Origin: Minisyncoccia bacterium
GTDB lineage: Bacteria; Patescibacteriota; Minisyncoccia; Moranbacterales; GCA-2747515
Assembly (NCBI GenBank): GCA_041738235.1
Contig: JBGSQF010000004.1
Location: forward strand, 6,215-70,214
DNA: 64,000 nucleotides
Reading direction: 5' to 3'
The position numbers and the translations under genes are program-made. Under the pieces are notes generated by a model. It did not search any database. It saw only the letters and a list, made by a program, of their open reading frames with translations, and had not been told where the DNA came from. Of this stretch, positions 35,765 to 44,977 are shown piece by piece; position 1 is the first letter of the stretch, and every line of letters begins with the position of its first letter.

Positions 35765-38224
35765 CTACAATATCGTTGCAGCAGAAAGCTGATCCTTTGT
35801 TTTTGGTCGCATAATACGCACACCTTGAGTAGCCCGCCCCAACAAAGGCACGCTTTTAAGAGGAATACGAATAACCTGTCCCCTCTCAGTAATGACGATC
35901 ATGTCTTCTTGCTGCGTTTCATCAGTGCTTACCAGCTTCGCCCAGACGAGATCCCCAGTTTTCGGCGTTACTTTGGCCGTCTTTATCCCTGAGCCTCCAC
36001 GATTTTGCACTTTATAGAACTTAAGTGCCGATCGCTTACCATATCCATTTTGGGCGAGAGCTAAAAGCTCAATTCCCTTCTGTCCTTTGGCAACAACGTC
36101 CATACCCACCAAAATATCATCTTTTTTCATCCGTATTCCCCATACTCCAGCGGCCGTTCTTCCCATAGATCGAACATTGGACTCTTTAAATCGTATAGAT
36201 TGACCTTTTTTGGTCACTAAAACTATCTCATCGCTTCCTACCGTCGGCTTTACCCAACCTAAAGAGTCTTTTTCATCCAACTTTATAGCAAATAAACCAC
36301 TCCTTCGTACTTTGAGAAACTCCTCGATCTTTGTCTTTTTGACCACGCCCTGGGTTGTCGCCATACAGAGAAATTTGTAATCGTCGTCCTTATTAAAAGC
36401 AATGATCTCCGTTATCTTCTCTTCGGGGGCGAGCTGTAGAAAATTCACCGCGCTATTCCCCTTTGATGTTCGAGTTGACTCTGGTATCTCATAAGCCTTC
36501 AACTGAAAAACCTTCCCAAAATTAGTAAAGAAGAGAAGATCATCGTGCGTCATAACGGCACGAAACAACATGACCACATCATCTTCACGAGTGCTTGCAC
36601 CAATAACACCCTTCCCCCCTCGTTTTTGTACCCGATACGCTGAAGGATTCATCCTCTTTATATAACCCCCTCGCGTGAGAGATATCACCGCCTCTTCGTT
36701 GGGAATCACATCTTCCTGTCGAAACGTGCCCACCTCAGACAAAACGACTGCTGTTTTTCTTCCATTTCCATACTTCTTCTTCATCTCCTGCAACTCTGAC
36801 TTAATAAGCGCCAGCATCTTATCCTTGTGCCGAAGAAGATCTTGCAAAAATGCAATGATCTTCTTTTTCTCCGCCAATTCATCCTCAATTTTTCTTCGCT
36901 CAAGCCCGGCAAGTGTCTGAAGGCGCATTTCCAAAATAGCAGTCGCTTGTATGTCCGAGAATTTGAACTTATCACGCAAATTCTTGTGAGCTGTTTCCTT
37001 TGTTTGTGATCGCTTAATGGTCTCGATCACCTCATTGATGTGATCCAATGCTTTCGAAAGACCTTCAAGTATATGAGCGCGTTCTTTCGCTTTTCGAAGA
37101 TCGTACTCGGCTCGTCGTCTTACAACCTCGACACGATGTGCCACATAATACTCCAACATAGCCTTAAGATTGAGCACTTGGGGCTCGATCCCATCGACCA
37201 ATGCCAACATATTTACATTGAAGTTCTTTTGTAGGTCCGTAGTGGCATATAACTTGTTGAGCACCTTCTGTGGATAAGCATCTTTTTTGAGTTCTATTAC
37301 GACACGCACACCATCTTTATCCGATTCATCACGAAGATCTCGTATACCTTGTACCTTTCCATCACGAACCAAACATGCGATCTTTTCCAACATATCCGCC
37401 TTATTGGTGGCATACGTCATTTCTGTCACAATAATATGAAATACTCCCTCTTTTACCTCAATAATATCCGCCTTTGCCCGTGTCACGATCTTTCCGCGCC
37501 CAGTAGCATACGCCTCACGAATATCCTTCTTATTAAAAATGATCCCACCTGTAGGAAAATCAGGTCCCTTCACATATTTTAAAAGATCATCGACCGTAGC
37601 ATCAGGATGATCGATAAGGTACGATATCCCCTCCACCAACTCTTCCAGGTTGTGTGGTGGTATGTTCGTCGCCATTCCAACCGCAATTCCCACCGTTCCA
37701 TTCAGGAGTAACTGAGGGAGTTTTGATGGGAGCACCGTTGGCTCCTTGTGAACACCATCAAAATTCGGCACAAAATCTACCGTTTCCTTGTCGATATCAA
37801 GAAGCATTTCTTCCGCTATAGGACGCAATTTTGCCTCAGTATAACGATATGCCGCAGCGCTATCGCCATCCATAGAACCAAAGTTTCCCTGCCCCCAAAC
37901 AAGTGGATATCGCAAAGAAAAATCCTGTGCCATTCTCACCATGGAATCATACACAGCAACATCACCATGTGGGTGATACTTTCCCAATACTTCTCCGACT
38001 ACCGTAGCCGACTTTCGAAATTTTGCCGTTGATCGAAGTCCACTCCCCCACATTGCGTACAATATCCTACGGTGTACCGGCTTAAGACCGTCACGAACGT
38101 CCGGCAAAGCGCGAGACACGATCACGCTCATCGCATAGTCAAGATACGACTGTTGAATTTCCTCTGTAATAGCGCGATCACGAATAATTCCACCCATTTC
38201 TTGTTTCTGCTCCATATTGATCAA
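35765..38224 (-). CDS. gyrA: DNA gyrase subunit A
   Basis: 819 aa. Motifs: [14 protein letters not shown], the active-site region [11 protein letters not shown], the QRDR YHPHGD, and the GyrA-box QKRGGKG in the C-terminal beta-pinwheel (this argues for GyrA over ParC). Confidence 0.9.
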   Translation of the reverse strand: MINMEQKQEMGGIIRDRAITEEIQQSYLDYAMSVIVSRALPDVRDGLKPVHRRILYAMWGSGLRSTAKFRKSATVVGEVLGKYHPHGDVAVYDSMVRMAQDFSLRYPLVWGQGNFGSMDGDSAAAYRYTEAKLRPIAEEMLLDIDKETVDFVPNFDGVHKEPTVLPSKLPQLLLNGTVGIAVGMATNIPPHNLEELVEGISYLIDHPDATVDDLLKYVKGPDFPTGGIIFNKKDIREAYATGRGKIVTRAKADIIEVKEGVFHIIVTEMTYATNKADMLEKIACLVRDGKVQGIRDLRDESDKDGVRVVIELKKDAYPQKVLNKLYATTDLQKNFNVNMLALVDGIEPQVLNLKAMLEYYVAHRVEVVRRRAEYDLRKAKERAHILEGLSKALDHINEVIETIKRSQTKETAHKNLRDKFKFSDIQATAILEMRLQTLAGLERRKIEDELAEKKKIIAFLQDLLRHKDKMLALIKSELQEMKKKYGNGRKTAVVLSEVGTFRQEDVIPNEEAVISLTRGGYIKRMNPSAYRVQKRGGKGVIGASTREDDVVMLFRAVMTHDDLLFFTNFGKVFQLKAYEIPESTRTSKGNSAVNFLQLAPEEKITEIIAFNKDDDYKFLCMATTQGVVKKTKIEEFLKVRRSGLFAIKLDEKDSLGWVKPTVGSDEIVLVTKKGQSIRFKESNVRSMGRTAAGVWGIRMKKDDILVGMDVVAKGQKGIELLALAQNGYGKRSALKFYKVQNRGGSGIKTAKVTPKTGDLVWAKLVSTDETQQEDMIVITERGQVIRIPLKSVPLLGRATQGVRIMRPKTKDQLSAATIL

Positions 38225-38241
38225 CTGTCAAACAATTATTT

Positions 38242-38514
38242 TTATACTCCCGGAACCGATTGCGACTGAGAACCATTATTCATGAGAGAATCTTTTTGAT
38301 CTTTTAATTCTTTTACCGCATTATCGAATGAATTGTTATTTGTAGCGTTCTGCATAAGCGGACTCTCCTTAATGTGCTCAAAATTCTGCTTTAAGGAAAC
38401 AAACCAAACCACAAAAACAAAGATCATGGAAATGACCACACAGCCAATAACATAACGCATGCGAATGTGTTCCGGCTGTTTTTTAATCTCTTCCAATTTT
38501 TCTTGAATGCTCAT
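38242..38514 (-). CDS. small membrane protein, unknown function
   Basis: 90 aa with one TM (YVIGCVVISMIFVFVVWFV). It is tightly packed between gyrA and the MBL-fold gene. Confidence 0.4.
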   Translation of the reverse strand: MSIQEKLEEIKKQPEHIRMRYVIGCVVISMIFVFVVWFVSLKQNFEHIKESPLMQNATNNNSFDNAVKELKDQKDSLMNNGSQSQSVPGV

Positions 38515-38523
38515 AATGCCTAT

Positions 38524-39162
38524 TTATCTCTGCGAAGTAAGCAAGACCACTTCCATCCCCTTTTCCGAAATATCCTTCTTTTTACACACAAGCTTATCGG
38601 TTGGTTTTAATGAATCAGCACCCATTTCACTCAAAAACTTTTTTACATCCTCTAGTTCGTAAGGAATTCCTGGGATCTTATACATCATCGGGATCACAAT
38701 CTTTGGCTCTACCTTTCGAACGATCTCAGCTGCAGTTTTTGCATCCATAAACTTATTTCCTCCCACGGGAACAAATAAGATATCTATCTCTTCAAAAAGC
38801 TCCAACTGTTTTTCTCCCAATGCTTTGTGAGCCCTCCCGAGATGCCCCACTCGAATATCCTCGCTCTCAAATATAAAGGGAATATTCACACCCTCCCCAT
38901 TCGATGCATGAACACCAAAAACATTGATACCTTGAACCGCATATTCCCCAGGGAGATCAAAGATCTTCGTGTCTCCCTTAAACATTTCTGTGGAACAGTT
39001 ATTTTCACCCTGCGAACAAAGTATTATATCCCCCTTTCCATATACTGATCGAACTCCTTTCTCATTTAAGGGATCTATGTACAAAACAACATCTTCCGTC
39101 GCTCGTCCACCAGGCTTTGTCAAAAACCGAAAACAGCTCAATCCATAATACGATATTTGCAT
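38524..39162 (-). CDS. MBL-fold metallo-hydrolase
   Basis: 212 aa. It has a metallo-beta-lactamase-like His/Asp pattern (GHLGRAH, DILFVPVGG). The substrate is unknown. Confidence 0.65.
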   Translation of the reverse strand: MQISYYGLSCFRFLTKPGGRATEDVVLYIDPLNEKGVRSVYGKGDIILCSQGENNCSTEMFKGDTKIFDLPGEYAVQGINVFGVHASNGEGVNIPFIFESEDIRVGHLGRAHKALGEKQLELFEEIDILFVPVGGNKFMDAKTAAEIVRKVEPKIVIPMMYKIPGIPYELEDVKKFLSEMGADSLKPTDKLVCKKKDISEKGMEVVLLTSQR

Positions 39163-39351
39163 ACAGAAAGTAGTAAATTTTATTTACTCAATACTATCAT
39201 AGACGATCCTTTTTTTCAAGACTCCCAGCATTCTTTTCTCAAACACCCCCCTACCCAAACGATGCCCTTTTTACCTAGTAACAAAGGTTGCCAAAAAACA
39301 AATAGCACGATATAATACATTTGTCAATATTACAGAGTTTGTATCCCCTCT

Positions 39352-39367
39352 TGTTCCACGTGGAACA
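39352..39367. promoter_or_regulatory. parS: parS site 1
   Basis: TGTTCCACGTGGAACA, perfect palindrome. Confidence 0.85.
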
Positions 39368-39433
39368 TAAGAAAAATGATCTAAACATCACCCCTAGAAA
39401 TATTTCTTGTACCTATAAACAAAGATCTCCTAA

Positions 39434-39449
39434 ATGTTCCACGTGAAAC
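39434..39449. promoter_or_regulatory. parS: parS site 2 (B. subtilis-type variant)
   Basis: TGTTCCACGTGAAACA. Confidence 0.85.
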
Positions 39450-39547
39450 ATTTATACACCCCACAAAAAAAGTACTCTCTAGCAAGATCATCATTAGTTG
39501 AAAAACAAAAAAATCTCCAGAAGCTTAGGAGGAAAAACTTTCTTTTA

Positions 39548-39563
39548 TGTTCCACGTGGAACA
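39548..39563. promoter_or_regulatory. parS: parS site 3
   Basis: TTTTATGTTCCACGTGGAACATAAAA is a 26-bp palindrome. Confidence 0.85.
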
Positions 39564-39716
39564 TAAAAGAAAGAGATTCTATAAAAAACACTCACAAACA
39601 GCTATTAAAAAAAGTAACCTTGCAAACTCACACCAAAAGATAATATGCGACAAAAAATCCTTTTGGTTATATAAAAATGGTAAAAAATAGCTAGATCTTG
39701 TAAAAAGGGACCCAAC

Positions 39717-39732
39717 TGTTCCACGTGGAACA
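39717..39732. promoter_or_regulatory. parS: parS site 4
   Basis: TGTTCCACGTGGAACA. Confidence 0.85.
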
Positions 39733-39826
39733 TAAAAAATGACGAAAAAAAACTTAAAGGAAAGACTCTTTGTAAGAGAGCCCACTAAGAGTGTTTTAGC
39801 CCAACAACGTAAACCAGCGATAGCTA

Positions 39827-39842
39827 TGTTCCACGTGGAACA
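39827..39842. promoter_or_regulatory. parS: parS site 5
   Basis: ATGTTCCACGTGGAACAT. Confidence 0.85.
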
Positions 39843-39993
39843 TAAAAAACCTAAAAACCAGACTTTGATGATCCATTGCTCTTACTTAAGATTTTTACCC
39901 AATTACAACAAACACACATAACCCAATAATTAACACTTCGCAAATAGTACCATCCTAGAAATCTTATAAAGATACCTTAATAGAAAAGATACA

Positions 39994-40009
39994 TGTTCCA
40001 CGTGGAACA
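39994..40009. promoter_or_regulatory. parS: parS site 6
   Basis: It is embedded in the 28-bp perfect palindrome GATACATGTTCCACGTGGAACATGTATC. Confidence 0.85.
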
Positions 40010-40106
40010 TGTATCTGTATTATAGCGAAGGTACTAGCGACACACTACTTAAAAATCGATTCTCAATAAAGATTCACCCTAGATCAAAGATTGTTAACAG
40101 TCTATT

Positions 40107-40122
40107 TGTTCCACGTGGAACA
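40107..40122. promoter_or_regulatory. parS: parS site 7
   Basis: TGTTCCACGTGGAACA. Confidence 0.85.
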
Positions 40123-40163
40123 ACGAATACAAAGGGTTGACCAAAAAAATATAAAATTCAACA

Positions 40164-40179
40164 TGTTCCACGTGGAACA
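40164..40179. promoter_or_regulatory. parS: parS site 8
   Basis: ATGTTCCACGTGGAACA. Confidence 0.85.
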
Positions 40180-40298
40180 CTATAGCAATGAGAGACAAGA
40201 AGCACATCTATTACACAACATTATTTTAACAATTTGTCAATACTTCTTGACTCTTTATCTTCTATTCGGTATTATTTGCTGGCGTTCCCTTGTGTAAT

Positions 40299-40371
40299 GG
40301 GCCGTTAGCTCATCTGGTAGAGCGCATCCATGGCATGGATGAGGTGAGCGGTTCGAGTCCGCTACGGTCCA
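40299..40371 (+). tRNA. tRNA-Ala (anticodon GGC)
   Basis: GGGCCGTTAGCTCATCTGGTAGAGC; the anticodon stem-loop is CATCC-ATGGCAT-GGATG. The G3.U70 wobble pair in the acceptor stem is the Ala identity element, the discriminator is A73, and the T-loop is TTCGAGT. Confidence 0.8.
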
Positions 40372-40474
40372 CTCAATAAAAAATAGTCAGACGACCCCAA
40401 AAGAGAGCACGGGTATTTCAGTTAACTTTCCCTTTAATAAAAAGTTTTTTCGGTTTTTCCACACATTATACACC

Positions 40475-40546
40475 GCCCCGATAGTTCAATGGATAGAACG
40501 GCTCACTCCTAACGAGCAAATTCAGGTTCGACTCCTGGTCGGGGCA
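40475..40546 (+). tRNA. tRNA-Arg (anticodon CCT)
   Basis: The acceptor stem is GCCCCGA/TCGGGGC. The anticodon loop CTCCTAA matches E. coli tRNA-Arg(CCU). The T-arm is TCAGG-TTCGACT-CCTGG. Confidence 0.75.
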
Positions 40547-40559
40547 CTAAGTCCATCCT

Positions 40560-40898
40560 ATGCCAAAACGAATTGATAAAATAAATCCACTCATACAGGA
40601 TATTTTATCCAAGCTTATAGCAAAAGAAATTTCCTTAAAGCCAGCCGTGTTCATAACAGTTGCAAAAGTTGACACATCAAGAGATCTCCGGTATGCTCGA
40701 GTGTTTGTGAGCGTCTTTCCAGACACTGAAAGGGATTATGCGTTTCAAACCATACTACATGAGCGATCTAAACTGCAAAAATTACTCCATCAAGAATTAT
40801 CTACCAAAATACTCCCAAAAATCTCCTTTATTTTAGATGAAACAGAGTCTCGAGCAGATGAGATCGAACGCCTCTTTCAGGAAATAAAGGAAGAATAA
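40560..40898 (+). CDS. rbfA: ribosome-binding factor A
   Basis: 112 aa; RbfA KH-like signature. Confidence 0.85.
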   Translation: MPKRIDKINPLIQDILSKLIAKEISLKPAVFITVAKVDTSRDLRYARVFVSVFPDTERDYAFQTILHERSKLQKLLHQELSTKILPKISFILDETESRADEIERLFQEIKEE

Positions 40899-40913
40899 TA
40901 GGGGACCACTCCT

Positions 40914-41876
40914 ATGAAAAAGTTTATACAAGAATTTTCTTCACTCAACTACGTTCTCAAAAATTCTGACTCCACACTTCTTATTGCACACAACAATCCT
41001 GATGCTGATAGCGTTGGTGCAACGATTGCTCTTCAAGAAATCCTTTTATTGCAAGGAAAGAAGGTGGACATTGTATGCAATGATCCTTTTCCAATAACAT
41101 TGAGCTCCGTTGTTACGACAAATTTCATATCTCCAAAAGAACTCCTTCTAGAGAAATACGATGCTGTTATTGCTTGTGATAGCGTAGACAGGGGACCCTT
41201 CCGAGAAATTCAAAAGAACCTCTCTGAAAAACAGGTAACGGTTCTTATAGATCACCATCCAGATATTGCCGTAACTGCGGATATCGTTCTTATTGACGCA
41301 AAACGATCCTCAACCTGCGAGCTACTCTACGAGTTTTTTTTCAAACAAAAGATCTCGATCAATACAAGAATGGCCACTGCACTTCTTCTGGGTCTTTTGT
41401 TCGACACTGGAAACTTTCAACATCCCTGTACATCTACCCGCGTTCTTGAAATAGCCTCGGATCTTCTTAAAAGAGGAGCCCCTCTGCAAAAGATAATTCA
41501 AGTCGTTTCTTCAAATAAAAAAATATCTACTCTACACCTTTGGGGAAAAGCCTTTGATAAGATGAAGGTTGTGAAAGAGACTGGGATGGCAGTCACCGGA
41601 CTCACAAAAGACGATCTGGATGAATGTGGCTCAGAACAACAGGAAACCTCACAAATAGCCCAGATACTTTCTACCATACCAGGTATTCGTTACGGACTTG
41701 TGCTTTATCAAAAGGATAAAGATACGGTCCGAGGAAGTTTTCGAGCCCAAGAATCTGCCGATGTTGATGTCTGCGCGCTAGCAAAAAAACTTGGGGGTGG
41801 GGGACACGTACTTGCCAGCGGCTTTGAAATACCCGGTCTTCTTCAAGAAAAGGGGGGTAATTGGGTTATTGAATAA
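40914..41876 (+). CDS. nrnA: DHH/DHHA1 phosphoesterase, NrnA-like nanoRNase/pAp phosphatase
   Basis: 320 aa. Motifs: HNNPDADSVGA (DHH motif I/II), DHH at LIDHHPD, and the DHHA1 GGGH at KKLGGGGHVLASG. Confidence 0.8.
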   Translation: MKKFIQEFSSLNYVLKNSDSTLLIAHNNPDADSVGATIALQEILLLQGKKVDIVCNDPFPITLSSVVTTNFISPKELLLEKYDAVIACDSVDRGPFREIQKNLSEKQVTVLIDHHPDIAVTADIVLIDAKRSSTCELLYEFFFKQKISINTRMATALLLGLLFDTGNFQHPCTSTRVLEIASDLLKRGAPLQKIIQVVSSNKKISTLHLWGKAFDKMKVVKETGMAVTGLTKDDLDECGSEQQETSQIAQILSTIPGIRYGLVLYQKDKDTVRGSFRAQESADVDVCALAKKLGGGGHVLASGFEIPGLLQEKGGNWVIE

Positions 41877-41917
41877 AGAAAAATAAAGAGTTTTCCACTT
41901 GTTATCCACACAAAAAT

Positions 41918-42508
41918 ATGCAAAATACAACAAATATCTCATTCAAAACCCTTTCCCAAAAAATTTCTACTTGCAAAAAGTGTATACTGAGATCATCGTG
42001 CTCGCAGGTTGTAGTCGGTTCAGGGTCAGAAAGATCAGAAATACTCTTCATAGGAGAAGCACCTGGAAAAAAAGAGGACGAAATTGGAATGCCCTTTGTG
42101 GGAGCCTCTGGAAAACTCCTCCAGGAAATGCTTGCTTCAATTGGAATGAACCGAGAATCTGTCTACATCACTAATATCGTAAAATGTCGCCCCCCTAACA
42201 ATCGAGATCCTCTTCCAGAGGAGATCGCTCTCTGCACACCGTGGCTTACTGCACAAATTGAACGAATGGATCCAAAGCTCATTATAACCCTAGGACGTCA
42301 CTCAATGAACTTCTTTCTTCCAGAATTGAAGATCTCAACCTCTCACGGACACATCTATCGGGCACAACCCACATCCTTTACAAAACCTTTTGTTTTTTTC
42401 ACATTGTATCATCCTGCAGCAGCCCTCTATAATGGAGGACTAAGAGACTCGCTTTTCAAAGATTTTTCTAAAATCCCAAAAATACTCAAAGAAATAAAAA
42501 AGAATTGA
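41918..42508 (+). CDS. uracil-DNA glycosylase, family 4
   Basis: 196 aa. Motifs: the Cys cluster CKKCILRSSC, GEAPGKKEDEIGMPFVGASGKLL, and HPAAALYN. Confidence 0.8.
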   Translation: MQNTTNISFKTLSQKISTCKKCILRSSCSQVVVGSGSERSEILFIGEAPGKKEDEIGMPFVGASGKLLQEMLASIGMNRESVYITNIVKCRPPNNRDPLPEEIALCTPWLTAQIERMDPKLIITLGRHSMNFFLPELKISTSHGHIYRAQPTSFTKPFVFFTLYHPAAALYNGGLRDSLFKDFSKIPKILKEIKKN

Positions 42509-42547
42509 CGCTACGACCCCGCTCCTGTACACTAACGATATGTTTTT

Positions 42548-42618
42548 GGTCCGGTGGCCGAGCGGTTAGGCAGGGGTCTGCAAAACCCCGTACAGCAGTT
42601 CAAATCTGCTCCGGACCT
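42548..42618 (+). tRNA. tRNA-Cys (anticodon GCA)
   Basis: The acceptor stem is GGTCCGG/CCGGACC. The anticodon loop is GGGGT-CTGCAAA-ACCCC. It has a short variable loop, T-arm AGCAG-TTCAAAT-CTGCT, and discriminator U as expected for Cys. Confidence 0.7.
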
Positions 42619-42630
42619 CCCTTATTAACA

Positions 42631-42715
42631 GCCGCGGTGGCGGAATTGGTAGACGCAAGGGACTTAAAATCCCTCGAATTAAACACTCGTGCGAGTTCGA
42701 GTCTCGCCCGCGGCA
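42631..42715 (+). tRNA. tRNA-Leu (anticodon TAA), long variable arm
   Basis: GCCGCGGTGGCGGAATTGGTAGACGC; the anticodon loop is AGGGA-CTTAAAA-TCCCT. It has a long extra arm, T-arm GCGAG-TTCGAGT-CTCGC, and 3' end CCGCGGC-A. Confidence 0.85.
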
Positions 42716-42748
42716 CAAAAAAGCCCCGATTCTCATCGGGGCTTTTCT
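42716..42748. terminator. bidirectional rho-independent terminator
   Basis: AAAAAA-GCCCCGAT-tctc-ATCGGGGC-TTTTCTT lies between the tRNA-Leu and the convergent 3D-domain gene. Confidence 0.75.
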
Positions 42749-43260
42749 TACTCTAACACAACCTTTGCTAATAAATTCTTTCTTCCGAAAGCAAAGGCAT
42801 CCGATTTGGTTTGCATATAGATATCGAAGTGATTGCCCTTGATCGCACCTCCACGATCTTCACAGGTATATACGCCCATTCCCTCGATCTCGATCTTAGC
42901 CCCAAAAGGATATTGCGCGGGACAAGCAAGTGTTCTCTTTTCTGTAACCTTCACTCCCGACGCTGTGACACCATCCGATTTCCCACATTCATCGGCCGCT
43001 GCAGTATAAGCGGAAGCATTAATGATAAAGGAATCGGACTTAAGGTTATTCCACAATCCACTTTGCTTTACTTTCCATTGATCCATGATCCTCTGATAGC
43101 GAAAAGCGTATACAGCCTCTTCGGAATAAACGACAGGAAACCCTTCACTTGAGAGATTGACTATTTTTATTTGGATATTGGGGTCTTCGCTGATCTGCGC
43201 ACATCCTATATTAGGCAGTATAAGCGCAAATATGAGAGCAAAAGCACCAAGTTTCCACAT
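42748..43260 (-). CDS. secreted 3D-domain (MltA-like) cell-wall-binding/lytic protein
   Basis: 170 aa. It has a signal peptide MWKLGAFALIFALILPNIGCAQ. The 3D domain reads GVTASGVKV...ACPAQYPFGAKIEIEGMGVYTCEDRGGAIKGNHFDIYM. Confidence 0.7.
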   Translation of the reverse strand: MWKLGAFALIFALILPNIGCAQISEDPNIQIKIVNLSSEGFPVVYSEEAVYAFRYQRIMDQWKVKQSGLWNNLKSDSFIINASAYTAAADECGKSDGVTASGVKVTEKRTLACPAQYPFGAKIEIEGMGVYTCEDRGGAIKGNHFDIYMQTKSDAFAFGRKNLLAKVVLE

Positions 43261-43396
43261 AAGGTATCGCTAATAATTAGCTACCTTTGTTTTAAAAAAC
43301 TTTTATTTTAACCGTCAATTATAGCATTTTTAAACAATTTTGTCAATATCTAGGCCAGCCTATTTATCTCTACATTTGTAGACCCTTCTCTCCATC

Positions 43397-43426
43397 AATA
43401 AAACCCCTTCTAAAAGGGGTTTTATT
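43397..43426 (-). terminator. rho-independent terminator downstream of rpsA
   Basis: AATAAAACCCCTT-ctaa-AAGGGGTTTTATT is flanked by A/T tracts. Confidence 0.7.
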
Positions 43427-43464
43427 GATTATCCACAGTTTTTCCACACTACTCCACAACAACC

Positions 43465-44604
43465 CTATTTCTTCAAGAGAGTCAGTCCCATTCTGTGACT
43501 TCTCGCCTCTATAGAGAGGATCTTCCAACGGTAGGACTCCCCAGGAACAAGCATTTCTTCCATTGTTTTCCCTGGGTGAGCGTTCTTAAACTCGCTAATA
43601 TGTGCCAATCCATGAATATCCTTATCCAGATAGACGAATGCGCCAAAGGGGTTGATCTTATCAACCTTTCCCTGTACTTCCTGCCCCACCTGGTATCGTT
43701 CATGCACCTCGGTCCACGGATCCTTCTGAAGCGATTTCATAGAAAGGGAAATACGTGTTTCATCGATACCAATGATCTTTGCTTGAACCGTATCCCCAAC
43801 CTTTACGATCTCTCGTGGATCATCGATAAGCTGCCATGCCAGCTCTGAAATATGGACCAATCCCTCCAACTTCTCTTCAGCGGCACCGACATCCTTGCGA
43901 GAAGGGGGAAAGAACTTCACGAAAGCACCGAAATCCACTACACCACTCACATCTCCTTCAACAATATCCCCAACCTTCAATTCTGATATAGCGGTCATTT
44001 CTTTCTCGCTTTGAGCCGCTTTTTCGCTGACGATCAACTTTTCTGTTTCTTTATCACAATCCAAGATCCGAACACGCAGATCTTGCCCCACTAACTTCTT
44101 CAAAAGTTCCAATATTCTATTTTTATCCCCGTTCTCCACCCGAGGATAGTTTGCATTGGATAACTGTGAAACAGGCAAAAATCCAGTGATCCCGTTGAGC
44201 TCTACGAGCAATCCCCCCTTGTTGGCATCCAATATGCGCGTTGGCATAGATTCCTTCTTCTCCTTCTTTTCTTCAAGGTCTTCCCACGCACGATTGTATG
44301 ATGCCTGACGAACAGAAAGCTCAAGGTAACCCTCTTCATTCTCGATATCTGTCAAAGTAGCTTTAACCTTATCACCGACGGAAAGAGCACTTGTTATCCC
44401 CATTCCATCTTTTAACTCCGCCCCATAAACGATCCCTGTCCCAATCGGACCAAGATCCAAAAGCATGCTATTTGAGGTCTTTTCTAACACGGTTCCCTCC
44501 AAAATATCGCCCACAACAGGGATATGAAGATCTACTGAGGACAGAAGACCTTCCATAGGAGAAACCTCTGCCTGTTCCTCTTCTTGCTGAATAACCTTAT
44601 TCAT
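43465..44604 (-). CDS. rpsA: 30S ribosomal protein S1 (four S1 domains)
   Basis: 379 aa. It has repeated S1-domain signatures: GDILEGTV, GFLPVSQL, VGDIVEGDVSGVVDFGAFVKF, VGQEVQGKVDKINPFGAFVYL, and GLAHISEF. Confidence 0.85.
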   Translation of the reverse strand: MNKVIQQEEEQAEVSPMEGLLSSVDLHIPVVGDILEGTVLEKTSNSMLLDLGPIGTGIVYGAELKDGMGITSALSVGDKVKATLTDIENEEGYLELSVRQASYNRAWEDLEEKKEKKESMPTRILDANKGGLLVELNGITGFLPVSQLSNANYPRVENGDKNRILELLKKLVGQDLRVRILDCDKETEKLIVSEKAAQSEKEMTAISELKVGDIVEGDVSGVVDFGAFVKFFPPSRKDVGAAEEKLEGLVHISELAWQLIDDPREIVKVGDTVQAKIIGIDETRISLSMKSLQKDPWTEVHERYQVGQEVQGKVDKINPFGAFVYLDKDIHGLAHISEFKNAHPGKTMEEMLVPGESYRWKILSIEARSHRMGLTLLKK

Positions 44605-44799
44605 ATATATACATTGCGAAAAACGAGGGCAACGCTCTTCTTAGTTAATTTTTAAATACCCTTCCCCACTAGAAATAACAAAAAACGGCACCATACCGCA
44701 TAATCGCACAGACCTAGGAGATTACAACATCTCCCTCTTCAATTGTTTATGGATTATCGGTATGAAAGAGTATAGAATAAGTAGGAAAAAAAATCAAGG

Positions 44800-44828
44800 T
44801 TGACAAAAAAATATACCCCTCCTATAAT
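44800..44828 (+). promoter_or_regulatory. near-consensus sigma-70 promoter (TTGACA-17-TATAAT) heading the secretion-like locus
   Basis: TTGACA is at 44800..44805, followed by a 17-nt spacer, then TATAAT at 44823..44828. ORF 44800..45093 begins inside the -35 and is rejected. Confidence 0.65.
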
Positions 44829-44977
44829 GGGAACACTAATTTCTAAGGTTTTTGAAGGGATGGGCTATTGGTCGGTTCTTGTTTGGCCACTGCTCTTACC
44901 TCAAAGCCATCGAAAGGGAACAGCGTATCCGCACAGAAACGCCAGTTCAAAAAAAATCTTCCTCGTTCCTCACAGCA

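Larger units (their letters stand above)
39352..40179. repeat. parS: array of eight parS-type ParB/Spo0J-binding palindromes in non-coding DNA
   Basis: There are 8 copies of TGTTCCACGTGGAACA, 7 perfect and 1 (copy 2, 39434) reading TGTTCCACGTGAAACA. The latter is the published B. subtilis parS consensus. Spacing is 57-169 bp. Copies 3, 5, 6 and 8 are extended to 18-28-bp perfect palindromes (for example GATACATGTTCCACGTGGAACATGTATC). The track ORFs 39434..39643, 39739..39921 and 40091..40297 only translate the palindrome (MFHVEH) and are rejected. Confidence 0.85.

Noticed and set aside
39352-40179. Possible CRISPR array, given a regularly recurring repeat with variable spacers.
   Set aside because: The repeat is a 16-bp perfect palindrome. 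Spacers are 41-153 bp and irregular. There is no leader or cas context. The sequence equals the parS consensus.
39434-40297. Track ORFs 39434..39643, 39579..39785, 39739..39921 and 40091..40297 inside the palindrome array.
   Set aside because: They are short and overlapping. Their MFHVEH peptides are simply translations of ATGTTCCACGTGGAACA; they are artefacts of the repeat.
39170-40300. oriC at the parS array.
   Set aside because: No DnaA box (TTATCCACA or TGTGGATAA, or one-mismatch clusters) was found by eye in the region. It is reported only as origin-proximal by inference.
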